Shown here one piece after another: positions 9,091 through 18,482 of a stretch of DNA of 43,441 nucleotides. The DNA lies in contig JBAUTP010000099.1 in NCBI GenBank assembly GCA_049582265.1, forward strand, positions 1 to 43,441, read 5' to 3'. This DNA comes from Thermoplasmata archaeon (GTDB lineage: Archaea; Thermoplasmatota; Thermoplasmata; Lutacidiplasmatales; UBA184). Numbering within the stretch: the stretch's first letter is position 1; each line of letters opens with the position of its first letter. Under the pieces are notes generated by a model, which was not told where the DNA came from, made no database searches, and saw nothing but the letters and a program-made list of their open reading frames with translations. The translations under genes and the position numbers were made by a program.

Positions 9091-10283
9091 GAGGCATGCC
9101 GGCCCCGAATCCGGTGGCGGAGGTGGCCCTCCAGCAGACGCCACTCAATACCCTGCATCGGGAGCTCAACGCGCATCTCGTCCCCTTCGCGGGGTGGGAG
9201 ATGCCGCTCTACTATCGCAGCATCCGCGCGGAGCACGAGGCCGTTCGCACGCGCGCCGGCATGTTTGACGTGTCGCACATGGGCATTCTTACGTTAACCG
9301 GCGGCTCGGCCGCCGACCTCCTCTCCCGCCGTACCACGGCCAACGTTCCCCTCCTACGTCCCGGGCAGAGCCGCTACACGTTCCTCTGCGAGTTCTCCGG
9401 GGCCATCGTGGACGACCTGTTGGTCACCCGTCTCGACGCGGGCATCGACCCACCACCTGGGTTCCTTGCCGTACCGAACGCGGGCCAAGCCGAGTTCGTG
9501 TTCGAGCTCCTCCTCCAGCACCGGAAGCCGGACACGCGGATCGAGCGATGGAACCACAAGGTAGCGATCGTCGCTGTCCAGGGGCCGGCCTCTCGCGAGA
9601 TTCTCGAGCAGGAGTTCGGTTGGTCGCTCTCGCCTCTCAAGTTCTATGAGGGCCGTAGATTCCCCTTCACGGCCGACGGCCGCGCGAGAACCGAGGGGGA
9701 CCTCGGGATGGACTTTACCACGGACCTCACCCACTCGGTGTGGGTCGGACGAACCGGATACACCGGTGAGCTCGGCTTCGAGGTGTTCGTGGGGGCGGAC
9801 AACGTGGCTTCGCTGTGGAAACGGCTGCGTGATCGCGAGGTCGTGCCCTGCGGGTTGGGAGCGCGCGATACCCTACGGCTCGAGAAAGGCTACTTGCTCT
9901 CAGGACAGGACTTTCATCGGGACCACACACCCCTCGAGGCTGCGCAGGATCGGTTCGTGAGCTTCGACCACCCCTTCGTGGGTCGTCCTCCGATGGAGGT
10001 CCAACAGCGGGACGGCGTGCCGGTTCGTCTGGTGGGACTTCGTACCGATGTGCCCGGCGCCATCCCGCGCCATGGGACGCCCGTGCGCCAGGGAGAGACC
10101 ACCGTAGGAACGGTCACGAGCGGGACCCAGTCACCGACGCTCGGCGTCGGGATCGCTCTCGCCTATCTCCCTCCCGGCATCGGGGTGGTCGGCAACGAAC
10201 TCGGCCTGGAACTGCACGGGCGGGTCGTACCCGCGAAAGTGGTCGCGTTCCCGTTCCTCCCGGCGCCTTCGGGCCGACGATGA
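9087..10283 (+). CDS. gcvT: glycine cleavage system aminomethyltransferase T
   Basis: 'TPLNTLHRELNAHLVPFAGWEMPLYY...EHEAVRTRAGMFDVSHMG', 'GYTGELGFEV', 'ARDTLRLE'. I chose the ATG at 9087, which overlaps the purP stop (ATGA). The longer ORF from 8895 lies inside purP. Confidence 0.9.
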   Translation: MRGMPAPNPVAEVALQQTPLNTLHRELNAHLVPFAGWEMPLYYRSIRAEHEAVRTRAGMFDVSHMGILTLTGGSAADLLSRRTTANVPLLRPGQSRYTFLCEFSGAIVDDLLVTRLDAGIDPPPGFLAVPNAGQAEFVFELLLQHRKPDTRIERWNHKVAIVAVQGPASREILEQEFGWSLSPLKFYEGRRFPFTADGRARTEGDLGMDFTTDLTHSVWVGRTGYTGELGFEVFVGADNVASLWKRLRDREVVPCGLGARDTLRLEKGYLLSGQDFHRDHTPLEAAQDRFVSFDHPFVGRPPMEVQQRDGVPVRLVGLRTDVPGAIPRHGTPVRQGETTVGTVTSGTQSPTLGVGIALAYLPPGIGVVGNELGLELHGRVVPAKVVAFPFLPAPSGRR

Positions 10284-10310
10284 AATAGCCCTGTCGTCCT
10301 TTCAACCGGG

Positions 10311-12731
10311 ATGACACCCGGCGAAGAAACGGCGCGTGCGTTCGTCGGGAGGCCCGAAGTCCTCGAATCGCTGCGTCGCCACCTCGACCGGTTGCAGGCC
10401 GGCGAAGGAGGGTTCAGCCTTCTTTTGGGGGATGTGGGAGTTGGCAAGAGCACCCTCGTGCAAACCCTTGCACGGGAAGCCAGGGCCCGGGGCGTGGAGG
10501 TCTTGGTCGGCAAGGTGCCGGCGCTGGAGAACCCACCGCCCCTCCACCTGATCCGCCAGGCGATCCAGAGCGTCGTCGCCGAGGACGAGCTTCCGAGCCG
10601 GGCCGGTATGCGACCGCATCCGCTGGCCTTCGTTGTCCCGGCCGATGGCCCCGAGTCGCCTCTTTTCGGGATCCACGGCAACTCCGGGTCGGACGAGACC
10701 GAGACGATGGACGAACGCATTCTCGAGGAAATGGTGGGTCCCTCCGGCGACGAGGCCGGTCACAGCTGGATGTTCGCCCAGTTGGCCGACCGCATCCTCT
10801 CCCGAGCCGAGGTCCAGCCGACCATCCTCTTGCTCGAGGACCTTCATACCGCCGATATCTCGTCGTTGGAGTTCCTGGAGTACCTCGCCCCTCAGATCAG
10901 CGGTCATCGCTTGTGGTTGGTGGGCACCTCCTTGCCTCGGGACTCGCTTTCCGAGCTCCTCAAGATCACCTTTGAGCGGGTCGCACGAGGAACCAAGGCC
11001 GATGAGATCGTTCTCCGTCCGCTCACGGCGTCCGAGCTCGGGGAGTTCGTACGCCTCTACGACGGGCGTGTCGAGCTCAACCCCGAGGAGATCACCCGTT
11101 GGCATTCCCAGACGGGAGGGAATCCGCTCTTCATTGAACAGATCCTTCGCACGCGTAGGGAGCGCGTCGGGGGCGGGAACCTCCTCGATACGCCGGCCCG
11201 CGAACTGGGCGAGTATCTCACCCGCCAGCTCGCTGACCTCGCCGACGAAGAACAACGCGCCTTGAGCGTCGCCGCCGTTCTTGGAAAGGAATTCCCGTTC
11301 CCCTTGTGGCTCCGCGCGAGCGGCGAAGAGGAGGAGCGCCTCGCCGAGATCTCCGAGCAACTCATCGCTCGCGGACTTCTGCGGGAACAACCCGACGAGC
11401 GATTCGAGTTCGCGAGGGAGGACCTGCGCGGGCAGATCTACAGCAGCATGACCGAGAGCCGCCGGCGCGTGCTCCACCGCCATGCGGCCGAGGCGCTCGA
11501 AGCGACGGGATTTGCCGACGTGACCACGATCTATGCCCTCGCCCGGCACTTCTACTTGGGACGGGTCGACGACAAGGCCGTCGTCTACAATCGGGCGGCC
11601 GGTGAGTTCGCCGCCGGCACGTTCGCACATGAGGTGGCCCGCAGCCACTTCGAGCGGGCGCTCGAATGCCTTCGACGCGCCACGCCCTACGACCCCGAGG
11701 CGGAGTTCGAGATCCTGCTGCTGCTCGCCATCCAGCTTGACCGACTGGGTGAGCTCCCTGCGGCCGAGCGCGCCCTTCGCGAGGTCCTCGATCGTCCGAA
11801 ACTGATGGAGGTCGCCCGCCCTCCGCAGCGCTGGCTGTTGCATGTTTCGCTCGCCCGCATCCTCTGCGACGAGGGAAGGATGGACGAGGCGGACCGAATG
11901 ACCGCTCAGCTCGTGAAACAGGTAGGCGACGATGCGGGCTCGGCGCTCCATATCGCCGTCCATCGTATCCGGGGGGAGGCCCTCTACTATCTCGGACGGT
12001 ACGAGGAGTCGCTCCACCATCACGACCAAGCGCTCTCCATCGCGCGTCGCATGCGGGACGAGCGCGAGATCGCCCTCGAGACCCAGCGGCACGCGAACGT
12101 GCTCGGCATGATCCCGGGGCGGTTCGAAGAGGCGGTCAAGTCGTCCCGCATCGCTGGCGAGTCTCTGGAACGGCAGGGCGACCTCGCCGAAGCGGCCTAC
12201 GCGAAGATGTTCCTCGGCGTCCTGCTAAGCCAGCACGGACGGGTTGCTGAGGGACTCCAGGCTCTGGACGATTCGGTCCGGCTCGCGGAGAAAGCGCACG
12301 ACCTCCGGCGTGTGGGGTGGGCGCTCTTCAACATCGCCGACCTCCTTCGGGAGCAGGGACGGCTCGATGAAGCGATGGCCCGGAACCAACGGGCCCGTCA
12401 GATCTTAGAGCAGGTCGGCGACCGGTTCGCGCTCATTCAAACGCAGATCATCGCGGGTAAGATCCTCCTCGACCAGAAGCAGATCGCTCCCGCGGAAGTG
12501 GAGCTCCTCGACGCCTATCGGCTGAGCCGTGAGCTCAACGCCCCGGCCGATGAGGTCGACGTGGTCCTTCGTTTGGCCGAGGTCGCATGGGCCCGGGGGG
12601 ACCGAACGACGACCCAGCGCCGATTATCCGAGCTCGAACGGCGAGAACTGGGACGCTTGCGACCCGACCTCGCTCCGGAACTGAAGCGGCTCAAGGACCA
12701 GGTCGAGGGGGCCGCGCCGAGCCGTGCGTAG
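10311..12731 (+). CDS. AAA_16-type (STAND-like) ATPase with C-terminal TPR repeats, putative regulator
   Basis: N-terminal 'FVGRPEVLESL...LLLGDVGVGKSTL' (Walker A) and 'ILLLEDLHTAD' (Walker B). The C-terminal half is repetitive TPR-like ('EALYYLGRYEESLHHHDQALSIA', 'GDLAEAAYAKMFLGV'). No DNA-binding or effector domain recognised. Confidence 0.75.
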   Translation: MTPGEETARAFVGRPEVLESLRRHLDRLQAGEGGFSLLLGDVGVGKSTLVQTLAREARARGVEVLVGKVPALENPPPLHLIRQAIQSVVAEDELPSRAGMRPHPLAFVVPADGPESPLFGIHGNSGSDETETMDERILEEMVGPSGDEAGHSWMFAQLADRILSRAEVQPTILLLEDLHTADISSLEFLEYLAPQISGHRLWLVGTSLPRDSLSELLKITFERVARGTKADEIVLRPLTASELGEFVRLYDGRVELNPEEITRWHSQTGGNPLFIEQILRTRRERVGGGNLLDTPARELGEYLTRQLADLADEEQRALSVAAVLGKEFPFPLWLRASGEEEERLAEISEQLIARGLLREQPDERFEFAREDLRGQIYSSMTESRRRVLHRHAAEALEATGFADVTTIYALARHFYLGRVDDKAVVYNRAAGEFAAGTFAHEVARSHFERALECLRRATPYDPEAEFEILLLLAIQLDRLGELPAAERALREVLDRPKLMEVARPPQRWLLHVSLARILCDEGRMDEADRMTAQLVKQVGDDAGSALHIAVHRIRGEALYYLGRYEESLHHHDQALSIARRMRDEREIALETQRHANVLGMIPGRFEEAVKSSRIAGESLERQGDLAEAAYAKMFLGVLLSQHGRVAEGLQALDDSVRLAEKAHDLRRVGWALFNIADLLREQGRLDEAMARNQRARQILEQVGDRFALIQTQIIAGKILLDQKQIAPAEVELLDAYRLSRELNAPADEVDVVLRLAEVAWARGDRTTTQRRLSELERRELGRLRPDLAPELKRLKDQVEGAAPSRA

Positions 12732-13635
12732 GTCGCGCCGACCCCCGACCTCCGCGTTCCTGGACCGTCGGGAGCTTCGGTCCCTGGTAGAGCGCGCCCT
12801 CGTCGAGGATCGCGCCGATTCCGACCGTACGACCCGGCTTCTCCTCCCGGGTCCCGTGCCAGCGGTAGGGCTGGTGGAGGCACAGGGGGCGGGAGTCCTC
12901 GCCGGCATGATCGCGGCGAGAGAGGTAGCCCGGGTCATGCGGCTCCGCCAACGAAGCTTCCACGAGGACGGGGACCGAGTGCGAAAGGGCACCCGGGTGC
13001 TAGAGCTCGAGGGCGATGCCCGCCGGATCCTTTCCGCCGAACGGACCCTTCTCAATTTCCTCATGCATCTCTCGGGTGTCGCGACGGTCACGGCGAAGGC
13101 CGTACGGGCCGCCGGCGGTTCGGCCAACGGCCCGTCGCTCGGGATCTACGCGACCCGAAAGACGCTCCCGGGACTACGTGACCTCGAGAAGGCAGCGGTC
13201 ATCGCGGGGGGTGGCCTTCCGCACCGTCGCGATCTGGCAAGCGGCATCCTGATCAAGAACAATCATCTCGCCCTCGTACCCCTCCGGATCGCCGTGGCAC
13301 GGGCACGGAGCGACGTTCCTACGGGCCGTCCGGCGCAGGTAGAGGTCCGCTCGGCCGACCAGGCCGTCGAGGCGGCCAAGCTCGGTGCCCGCGCCCTGCT
13401 GCTCGATAACATGTCACCTAGGGCGGCTCGAACGGCGATTCGGCGGCTTGCCGCGGAGGTCTCGGGCGCACGCCCCTTCGTGGAGATCTCGGGAGGGATC
13501 ACCCCTCAGAACGTAGCCCGGTTCCGCTCGACCGGGGCCGATGCCGTGAGTATAGGCTCGCTGACCCACTCCGCTCCCGCCCTCTCGTTCCATCTCACGC
13601 TGCGACGCCGTCCCGCGCGCTCCCCACGGGCTTAA
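12724..13635 (+). CDS. nadC: nicotinate-nucleotide pyrophosphorylase (quinolinate phosphoribosyltransferase)
   Basis: 'ALVEDRADSDRTT', 'ATRKTLPGLRDLEKAAVIAGGGLPHRRDLASGILIKNNH', 'LDNM'. The GTG at 12724 is the only canonical start before the conserved N-terminal motif. It overlaps the upstream stop by 8 nt. Confidence 0.85.
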   Translation: MRRSRRPPTSAFLDRRELRSLVERALVEDRADSDRTTRLLLPGPVPAVGLVEAQGAGVLAGMIAAREVARVMRLRQRSFHEDGDRVRKGTRVLELEGDARRILSAERTLLNFLMHLSGVATVTAKAVRAAGGSANGPSLGIYATRKTLPGLRDLEKAAVIAGGGLPHRRDLASGILIKNNHLALVPLRIAVARARSDVPTGRPAQVEVRSADQAVEAAKLGARALLLDNMSPRAARTAIRRLAAEVSGARPFVEISGGITPQNVARFRSTGADAVSIGSLTHSAPALSFHLTLRRRPARSPRA

Positions 13636-13669
13636 GAACGAACTCGCCCTCGTTGCGTGGGGGAAGACC

Positions 13670-14575
13670 ATGTCCCTAGAAGCCGAGGTTCAGCGGCTCA
13701 AATCCGAGCGCCGAGCCCTGATCCTGGCGCACAACTATCAGCTGCCGGAAGTCCAGGACGTCGCGGACTACGTCGGGGACTCCCTCTACCTGTCGCGGAA
13801 GGCCGTCGACGCCGAAGACCCCGTGATCTGCTTTGCGGGCGTCCGCTTCATGGCGGAAACCGCGAAGATCCTGAACCCCACGAAGACGGTGCTTCTGCCG
13901 GACCTCAAGGCCGGATGCGGGCTCGCGGACTCGATCACGGCGGAGCAACTGCGAACGTGGAAGTCCGAACACCCCGGCTCCGTCGTCGTCGCGTACATCA
14001 ACACGTCGGCCGACGTGAAGGCCGAGGCTGATTACTGTTGTACGAGCTCGAACGCGGTCAAGATCGTGAGCCAGATCCCGCCGGAGCAAGAGATCCTCTT
14101 CCTTCCGGACATGTTCCTCGGTGATTACGTTCGCCAAAAGACGGGCCGCGCCATGCACCTGTGGACGGGGGACTGCCCGGTGCACGCCAAGCTTCGTCCC
14201 GAGGATCTTGCGCACGCCCGCGCCACGCATCCCGGGGCCGAGGTGATCGCTCACCCCGAATGCGGGTGCTCCACCGCCGCACTTCCCCATGTCGACCGGA
14301 TCCTCTCCACCGACGGTATGGTTCGGTTCGCCGAGGAGACCCGGGCCCCCGAAGTGCTCGTCGCGACCGAGGTCGGGATCCTCCACCGAATGCGTCGGCT
14401 GAACCCGACCACGACGTTCACCGCCTTGTCCGAGGGCGCGGTCTGCCCGTACATGAAGCAGATCGACCTCGCCGATATCCGGGACTCGTTGGCCTTCGGC
14501 CAATTCGTGATCGATGTCCCCTCGGCGACAGCGGCAAAGGCACGTCAGGCGCTCGAGCGGATGATCGCGGCCTAG
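13670..14575 (+). CDS. nadA: quinolinate synthase A
   Basis: 'LILAHNYQLPEVQDVADYVGDS', 'FAGVRFMAETAKILNP', 'CPVH', 'AHPEC'. Typical 301-aa NadA. Confidence 0.9.
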   Translation: MSLEAEVQRLKSERRALILAHNYQLPEVQDVADYVGDSLYLSRKAVDAEDPVICFAGVRFMAETAKILNPTKTVLLPDLKAGCGLADSITAEQLRTWKSEHPGSVVVAYINTSADVKAEADYCCTSSNAVKIVSQIPPEQEILFLPDMFLGDYVRQKTGRAMHLWTGDCPVHAKLRPEDLAHARATHPGAEVIAHPECGCSTAALPHVDRILSTDGMVRFAEETRAPEVLVATEVGILHRMRRLNPTTTFTALSEGAVCPYMKQIDLADIRDSLAFGQFVIDVPSATAAKARQALERMIAA

Positions 14576-14587
14576 CCCTAGCCGTCG

Positions 14588-14959
14588 CTAGGTACCCACG
14601 ACCAGAGTCCTCGGAAGGATGGGGCCAATGCCATTCTTCCAGTAGAGATAGGCTGTACCGATGAGCGCGAGGCCGGTCAACACGAGGACCCCGATCGAGG
14701 CCCAGGACGGCTTGGTGGTGAGATAAAAGCCGATGGAGAAGGGGTTGAGCCTCGCCGAGAGGAACGATACGCTCACGAAGAGGCAGAGCAGGCCCAAGAG
14801 GGCCGGTGCCAGGACCGTCAGGGTGCCGAGGTAGAGCCCCAGGACGAGAACGACGATCGCGACCGGGATCGCCGCGTTCGAGCTCCTCGCCACCGGCGCG
14901 GGATCGTCGAGATCGCCCCGTTGGATACGACGAACCGGGTACTCCTCGCGGTAGGGCAC
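14588..14959 (-). CDS. small integral membrane protein (start uncertain)
   Basis: The C-terminal ~110 aa form 3-4 hydrophobic helices. The 180-aa ORF overlaps the PolX 3' end, so I prefer the in-frame GTG at 14959. Confidence 0.45.
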   Translation of the reverse strand: MPYREEYPVRRIQRGDLDDPAPVARSSNAAIPVAIVVLVLGLYLGTLTVLAPALLGLLCLFVSVSFLSARLNPFSIGFYLTTKPSWASIGVLVLTGLALIGTAYLYWKNGIGPILPRTLVVGT

Positions 14960-15027
14960 ACATCTGCGTTCCCCGAGGGCATAGAAGAACCCCGCCGTCC
15001 AGGAGAAACGAAACGCCGGAGAGATCC

Positions 15028-16668
15028 CTAGGCGGACGGGTCCGTTTCGAGCGGCGGATGCTTTCGCGTATTGAGGACGTGGGGAGCGGTGCACCAAGCG
15101 CGTCGAGCTAGACCGACCACGATCGTCCACCGGGTGGGATCCGCCGGATCGTCCCCACCCGGAGCGAGAGCCACCGAGCCACCCTCGGACACGAACTGCC
15201 GCAAGGCGGTCGTGTCGAGACCCTCGGGAACGACCTCAAGCGCCGACTCTCGTTCGCGCGCGTGGCGGATAGCGGCATGAAAATCATCGCGCAGGCCCGA
15301 GGCCACCGCATGAACGAGCAAGGAGGCGTGGGTCGACGATTCCTCGGAGGGCGACGTGCCCGAAACGGCCCGCGCGTCCTGAACGGTCAGGTCGACCGGT
15401 AGGGCTCGACGACCACCCTTGGGGGGAGAGGAGGTATCGACCTCCTCGACCGCGATGAGTCGGGGCCCATTCCCCGGCGCGTCGCGTAGCTTCGCGAACC
15501 GTTCGCGTGCGGAGGCGCTGAGGACGGACGAGCGAACGCCTTCGCGCAGTTCGCTCACGACGATACCGAGATACTCCCAATGTCGCTCACGGGCGGCTTC
15601 GCGTAAACGGTCGAGACGTTCCGCGGAAGCGTTCTTGGGAAGGTGGCAGTGGACGATCCCCCGTATCTCCTCCGGCGAGATCAACGAGGGCAGGGTCCGA
15701 CCCCGGGCCGCCTCGATCTCTCCCTGATTTTCGCGGATCTCGGGCGGGATCCAGGGGAGCTTGAGGGTTGCGTAGACCTCTTCCTCGGTCGCCCCGGCAA
15801 TACGGGCCTCGCCTTGAAAGACGCCGTACTCGTTGATCTTGAGACCCACATCCCGAGCGATCGACCGCAATCGGATGTTATGGTCCTTGGAACCGGTGAA
15901 GTACTGGAGCGCCGCGCCGAAGGAGGCCGGCTCGAGGACTCGGAGATCCACCTGCAGCCCGCCCCGGTAGGCGACCGTCACTTTCGTCCCCCCCGCGAGC
16001 TTCACGTCCTCGACTCCCGGAAGCTCCTGGAATCGGTGTAGTATGATATCCGGTGTGGAGGTCGTCGCGAGAATATCGATGTCCCCAACGCTCTCCCGGC
16101 ACCGGCGGAAGCTGCCGGCCGCCTCGATTCGTTCGACCCCGCCGCCCGCCCGCAGGGCCGCGACGATCTCCTCCACGATGGGAAACGCCTCGAGGAACGG
16201 TAAGCGTCGGTCGGCTCCCCCCGCGAGGCCGGCCGCGGAGCGGAACAGCTCGATCTTCTTTGCTCCGAAACCCTTCACGTTGCTGAGACGACCCGCCTGG
16301 ATGGCCGCCGCGAGCTCCCGGGGGCCCTCGATCCCGAGTTCGGTCCAGAACCGGCGTGCGGTCTTGGGGCCGATGTTGGGACGTTGCATGAGCTCGATGA
16401 GCCCGGCGGGGAACCCCTGCCGGAGACGGTCGTAGTAGCTGATGTGATGGTCGCTCAGGAATTCTCGGAGCTTCTCCTCGATCGCTTCCCCAACGCCCGG
16501 GATCTCCCCGAGCCCTCCCCGGGCCGCGACCCGACGGAGCGGCTCGGGGAGCGACTCGATCGAACGCGCGGCGCGACGGTACGCCTCGGGCTTGAACTTC
16601 TCGCCGGCGAGGTCGAGAAGGTCGGCGATGCTGTTGAGGATCGCGGCCGCCTCGGCGTTCTCCGTCAT
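15028..16668 (-). CDS. polX: family X DNA polymerase (PolX) with a C-terminal PHP-like domain
   Basis: HhH motifs ('GIGPKTARRF', 'VKGFGAKK'). Pol-beta nucleotidyltransferase motif 'AGSFRRCRESVGDIDIL'. 'FTGSKDHNIRLR', 'INEYG'. The C-terminal region starts 'VHCHLP'. I prefer the start at ATG 16668 (MTENAEAAAIL). Confidence 0.85.
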   Translation of the reverse strand: MTENAEAAAILNSIADLLDLAGEKFKPEAYRRAARSIESLPEPLRRVAARGGLGEIPGVGEAIEEKLREFLSDHHISYYDRLRQGFPAGLIELMQRPNIGPKTARRFWTELGIEGPRELAAAIQAGRLSNVKGFGAKKIELFRSAAGLAGGADRRLPFLEAFPIVEEIVAALRAGGGVERIEAAGSFRRCRESVGDIDILATTSTPDIILHRFQELPGVEDVKLAGGTKVTVAYRGGLQVDLRVLEPASFGAALQYFTGSKDHNIRLRSIARDVGLKINEYGVFQGEARIAGATEEEVYATLKLPWIPPEIRENQGEIEAARGRTLPSLISPEEIRGIVHCHLPKNASAERLDRLREAARERHWEYLGIVVSELREGVRSSVLSASARERFAKLRDAPGNGPRLIAVEEVDTSSPPKGGRRALPVDLTVQDARAVSGTSPSEESSTHASLLVHAVASGLRDDFHAAIRHARERESALEVVPEGLDTTALRQFVSEGGSVALAPGGDDPADPTRWTIVVGLARRAWCTAPHVLNTRKHPPLETDPSA

Positions 16669-16712
16669 GAAGGCCCAAGGCCGAAACGGGACGTAGACTT
16701 GAACCACTCGGC

Positions 16713-17507
16713 CTAGGGTTCCGCATGGGCTCCGGCGTCGAGCCAGTACCGTTCCGAGTGGAATCGATAGCCCACGGTGGCGTAGGCCCGACGCGCGGGC
16801 GCGTTATCGGTCCTCACGTACAACGCCCCGGCCGCACCCTCCGCGTGAGCGGCTCCCGTAAGGGCGGCCGTCACCGCTGTCCCGTGGCCGCGGCCTCGGT
16901 GGTCGGGATGCGTGTAGATCCCGCTCAGGATCCAGACGGCCGGGAGCTCGACCGCGGCACGGCCGACGGCCACGAGGTCGCCTCCCTCGAACGAGCCCAC
17001 CACGTGCGTGGTCGCTAGATCCATGGCGGGGTACGTCGAGAGGAGGAGGTCGTTCGGGGTCCGCACGAAGTCCCGGAGCCGGTTCGCATCCGCCGGTGTC
17101 AGGCGACGGGACGTTCGGGAAGGCTCCGTGGAGACGGGCGTCGAGCGAGGGTGGATGAGGAGCTCGACAGGGTAGGACCGGACCGGACCCCGATGTGCTT
17201 CGACCGCGGCGCGAGCGTGAGGAGGGACCACGGCCACCAAGGGGCGTTCGGGCAGAGCCTCGGCCAGCTCGTCCGAGGCGCGCGGAGCATCGACCCAGTG
17301 GACGACGGGATACGACGTGTTGCCCTGCCAGATGAGAAGGTAGCCCGTCGTCGCATCGCCCTTGCGAAAGGACACGAAGCGAACACGGTCAGGCGCGTGC
17401 AGGAGATCCCACACCGCAAACGCATGCACGACGGGGTCGGTACGCATCCTCCGTTCGAGCCAGGAACGGTCAATCCCGTGCGCCAGGAGCTGGGCCGAAC
17501 CCCACAC
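16713..17507 (-). CDS. GNAT family N-acetyltransferase
   Basis: C-terminal acetyl-CoA motif 'HPDHRGRGHGTAVTAAL' and 'NAPARRAYATVGYRF'. Confidence 0.7.
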   Translation of the reverse strand: MWGSAQLLAHGIDRSWLERRMRTDPVVHAFAVWDLLHAPDRVRFVSFRKGDATTGYLLIWQGNTSYPVVHWVDAPRASDELAEALPERPLVAVVPPHARAAVEAHRGPVRSYPVELLIHPRSTPVSTEPSRTSRRLTPADANRLRDFVRTPNDLLLSTYPAMDLATTHVVGSFEGGDLVAVGRAAVELPAVWILSGIYTHPDHRGRGHGTAVTAALTGAAHAEGAAGALYVRTDNAPARRAYATVGYRFHSERYWLDAGAHAEP

Positions 17508-17585
17508 ACCCTCCTCTAGGGAGTCGAGCTACTTACCCCGGCGGGCCAGCTGCCCACGGGCAATCGTAAAGCCTGTGCATCGGCC

Positions 17586-18482
17586 ATGCGGAGCGTGCCG
17601 CGGCCGCATCGCCCGACCCCCGAGCTTCCGGCGCACATGGCGGAGCTGTATCGACGTTTCCCATTCGACCGGTCGCTCGCCCAGGATCCCCTTTCTTGCG
17701 TTCGACCGTACCGGGACGAGCCGGCCGCTGCCGAGGTCGCGGGCCTCTTCGCCGCGACGTTGGCGATAGGGACGACGACCTCGATCCGTCACGCGTTCAC
17801 ACGCTGGCAGGAAGCCATAGGAACCGACCTCCTTACCTACGTGGATCGGGCCCCTTCGCGCGGGATCCCCGTGGGTCTCCGAACGTTCCGGCACCGGTGG
17901 ATACGGGGGGACCAACTCCATTTCCTCGCCCAGACCGTGGGCGACATACGTTCGGACGAGGGCTCTATCGAGAACGTATTCATGGAAGGATTTCGCGAGG
18001 GAGGGTTCGCGGGAGGGCTCGATGGGCTGGCCCGCCGGTTGCGCGCAGGCCCGGGGTCCACCGAGGCACCACCCCCCGGGTACGCCCGGCTCTTCCCAAG
18101 CCCTCTCGATGACGGTCGGAGCCCCTGCAAGCGTGCCGCGCTCTTCGTTCGCTGGATGGTCAGGACCGACTATCCGGACCTCGGCGTATGGCATCAGGTA
18201 CCGGTAGCCGCTCTACAGGTGCCGCTCGACCACCATGTGTTCTGGATCGCGTATCACCTCGGGCTCACGCAACGAAAAACCCGCGGCTGGGCGGCCGTGG
18301 AAGACGTGACCCAGGCCTTGCAACGGATCGACCCCAACGACCCGATCAAGTACGATTTCGTCCTGTGCCATACCGGCATCTCCGGCGATTGTCCAAAGAC
18401 GCGCGACATCACCGTGTGCGGGCCCTGCGTGGTTCGGCCGGATTGCCTCTTGTGGCGGCGGGCTCCCCGGGCGGGCGGATGA
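17586..18482 (+). CDS. DUF2400 / TIGR02757 family protein with an EndoIII-like Cys cluster
   Basis: 'LFVRWMVRTDYPDLGVW...PLDHHVFWIAYHLGL...DPNDPIKYDFVL' is the family signature as I recall it. The C-terminus carries C-x8-C-x2-C-x5-C ('CPKTRDITVCGPCVVRPDC'). Confidence 0.7.
   Translation: MRSVPRPHRPTPELPAHMAELYRRFPFDRSLAQDPLSCVRPYRDEPAAAEVAGLFAATLAIGTTTSIRHAFTRWQEAIGTDLLTYVDRAPSRGIPVGLRTFRHRWIRGDQLHFLAQTVGDIRSDEGSIENVFMEGFREGGFAGGLDGLARRLRAGPGSTEAPPPGYARLFPSPLDDGRSPCKRAALFVRWMVRTDYPDLGVWHQVPVAALQVPLDHHVFWIAYHLGLTQRKTRGWAAVEDVTQALQRIDPNDPIKYDFVLCHTGISGDCPKTRDITVCGPCVVRPDCLLWRRAPRAGG

Noticed and set aside
10302-12092. 596-aa ORF on the minus strand
   Set aside because: It is entirely antisense to the AAA_16/TPR gene, which has clear Walker and TPR motifs. 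Its composition is Arg/Gly/Glu/Leu-rich and it has no motif, as expected for a GC-rich shadow ORF.
14960-15130. Upstream part of the 180-aa membrane-protein ORF
   Set aside because: It overlaps the PolX C-terminus and is hydrophilic and Arg-rich. The start probably lies at the GTG at 14959, though this remains uncertain.
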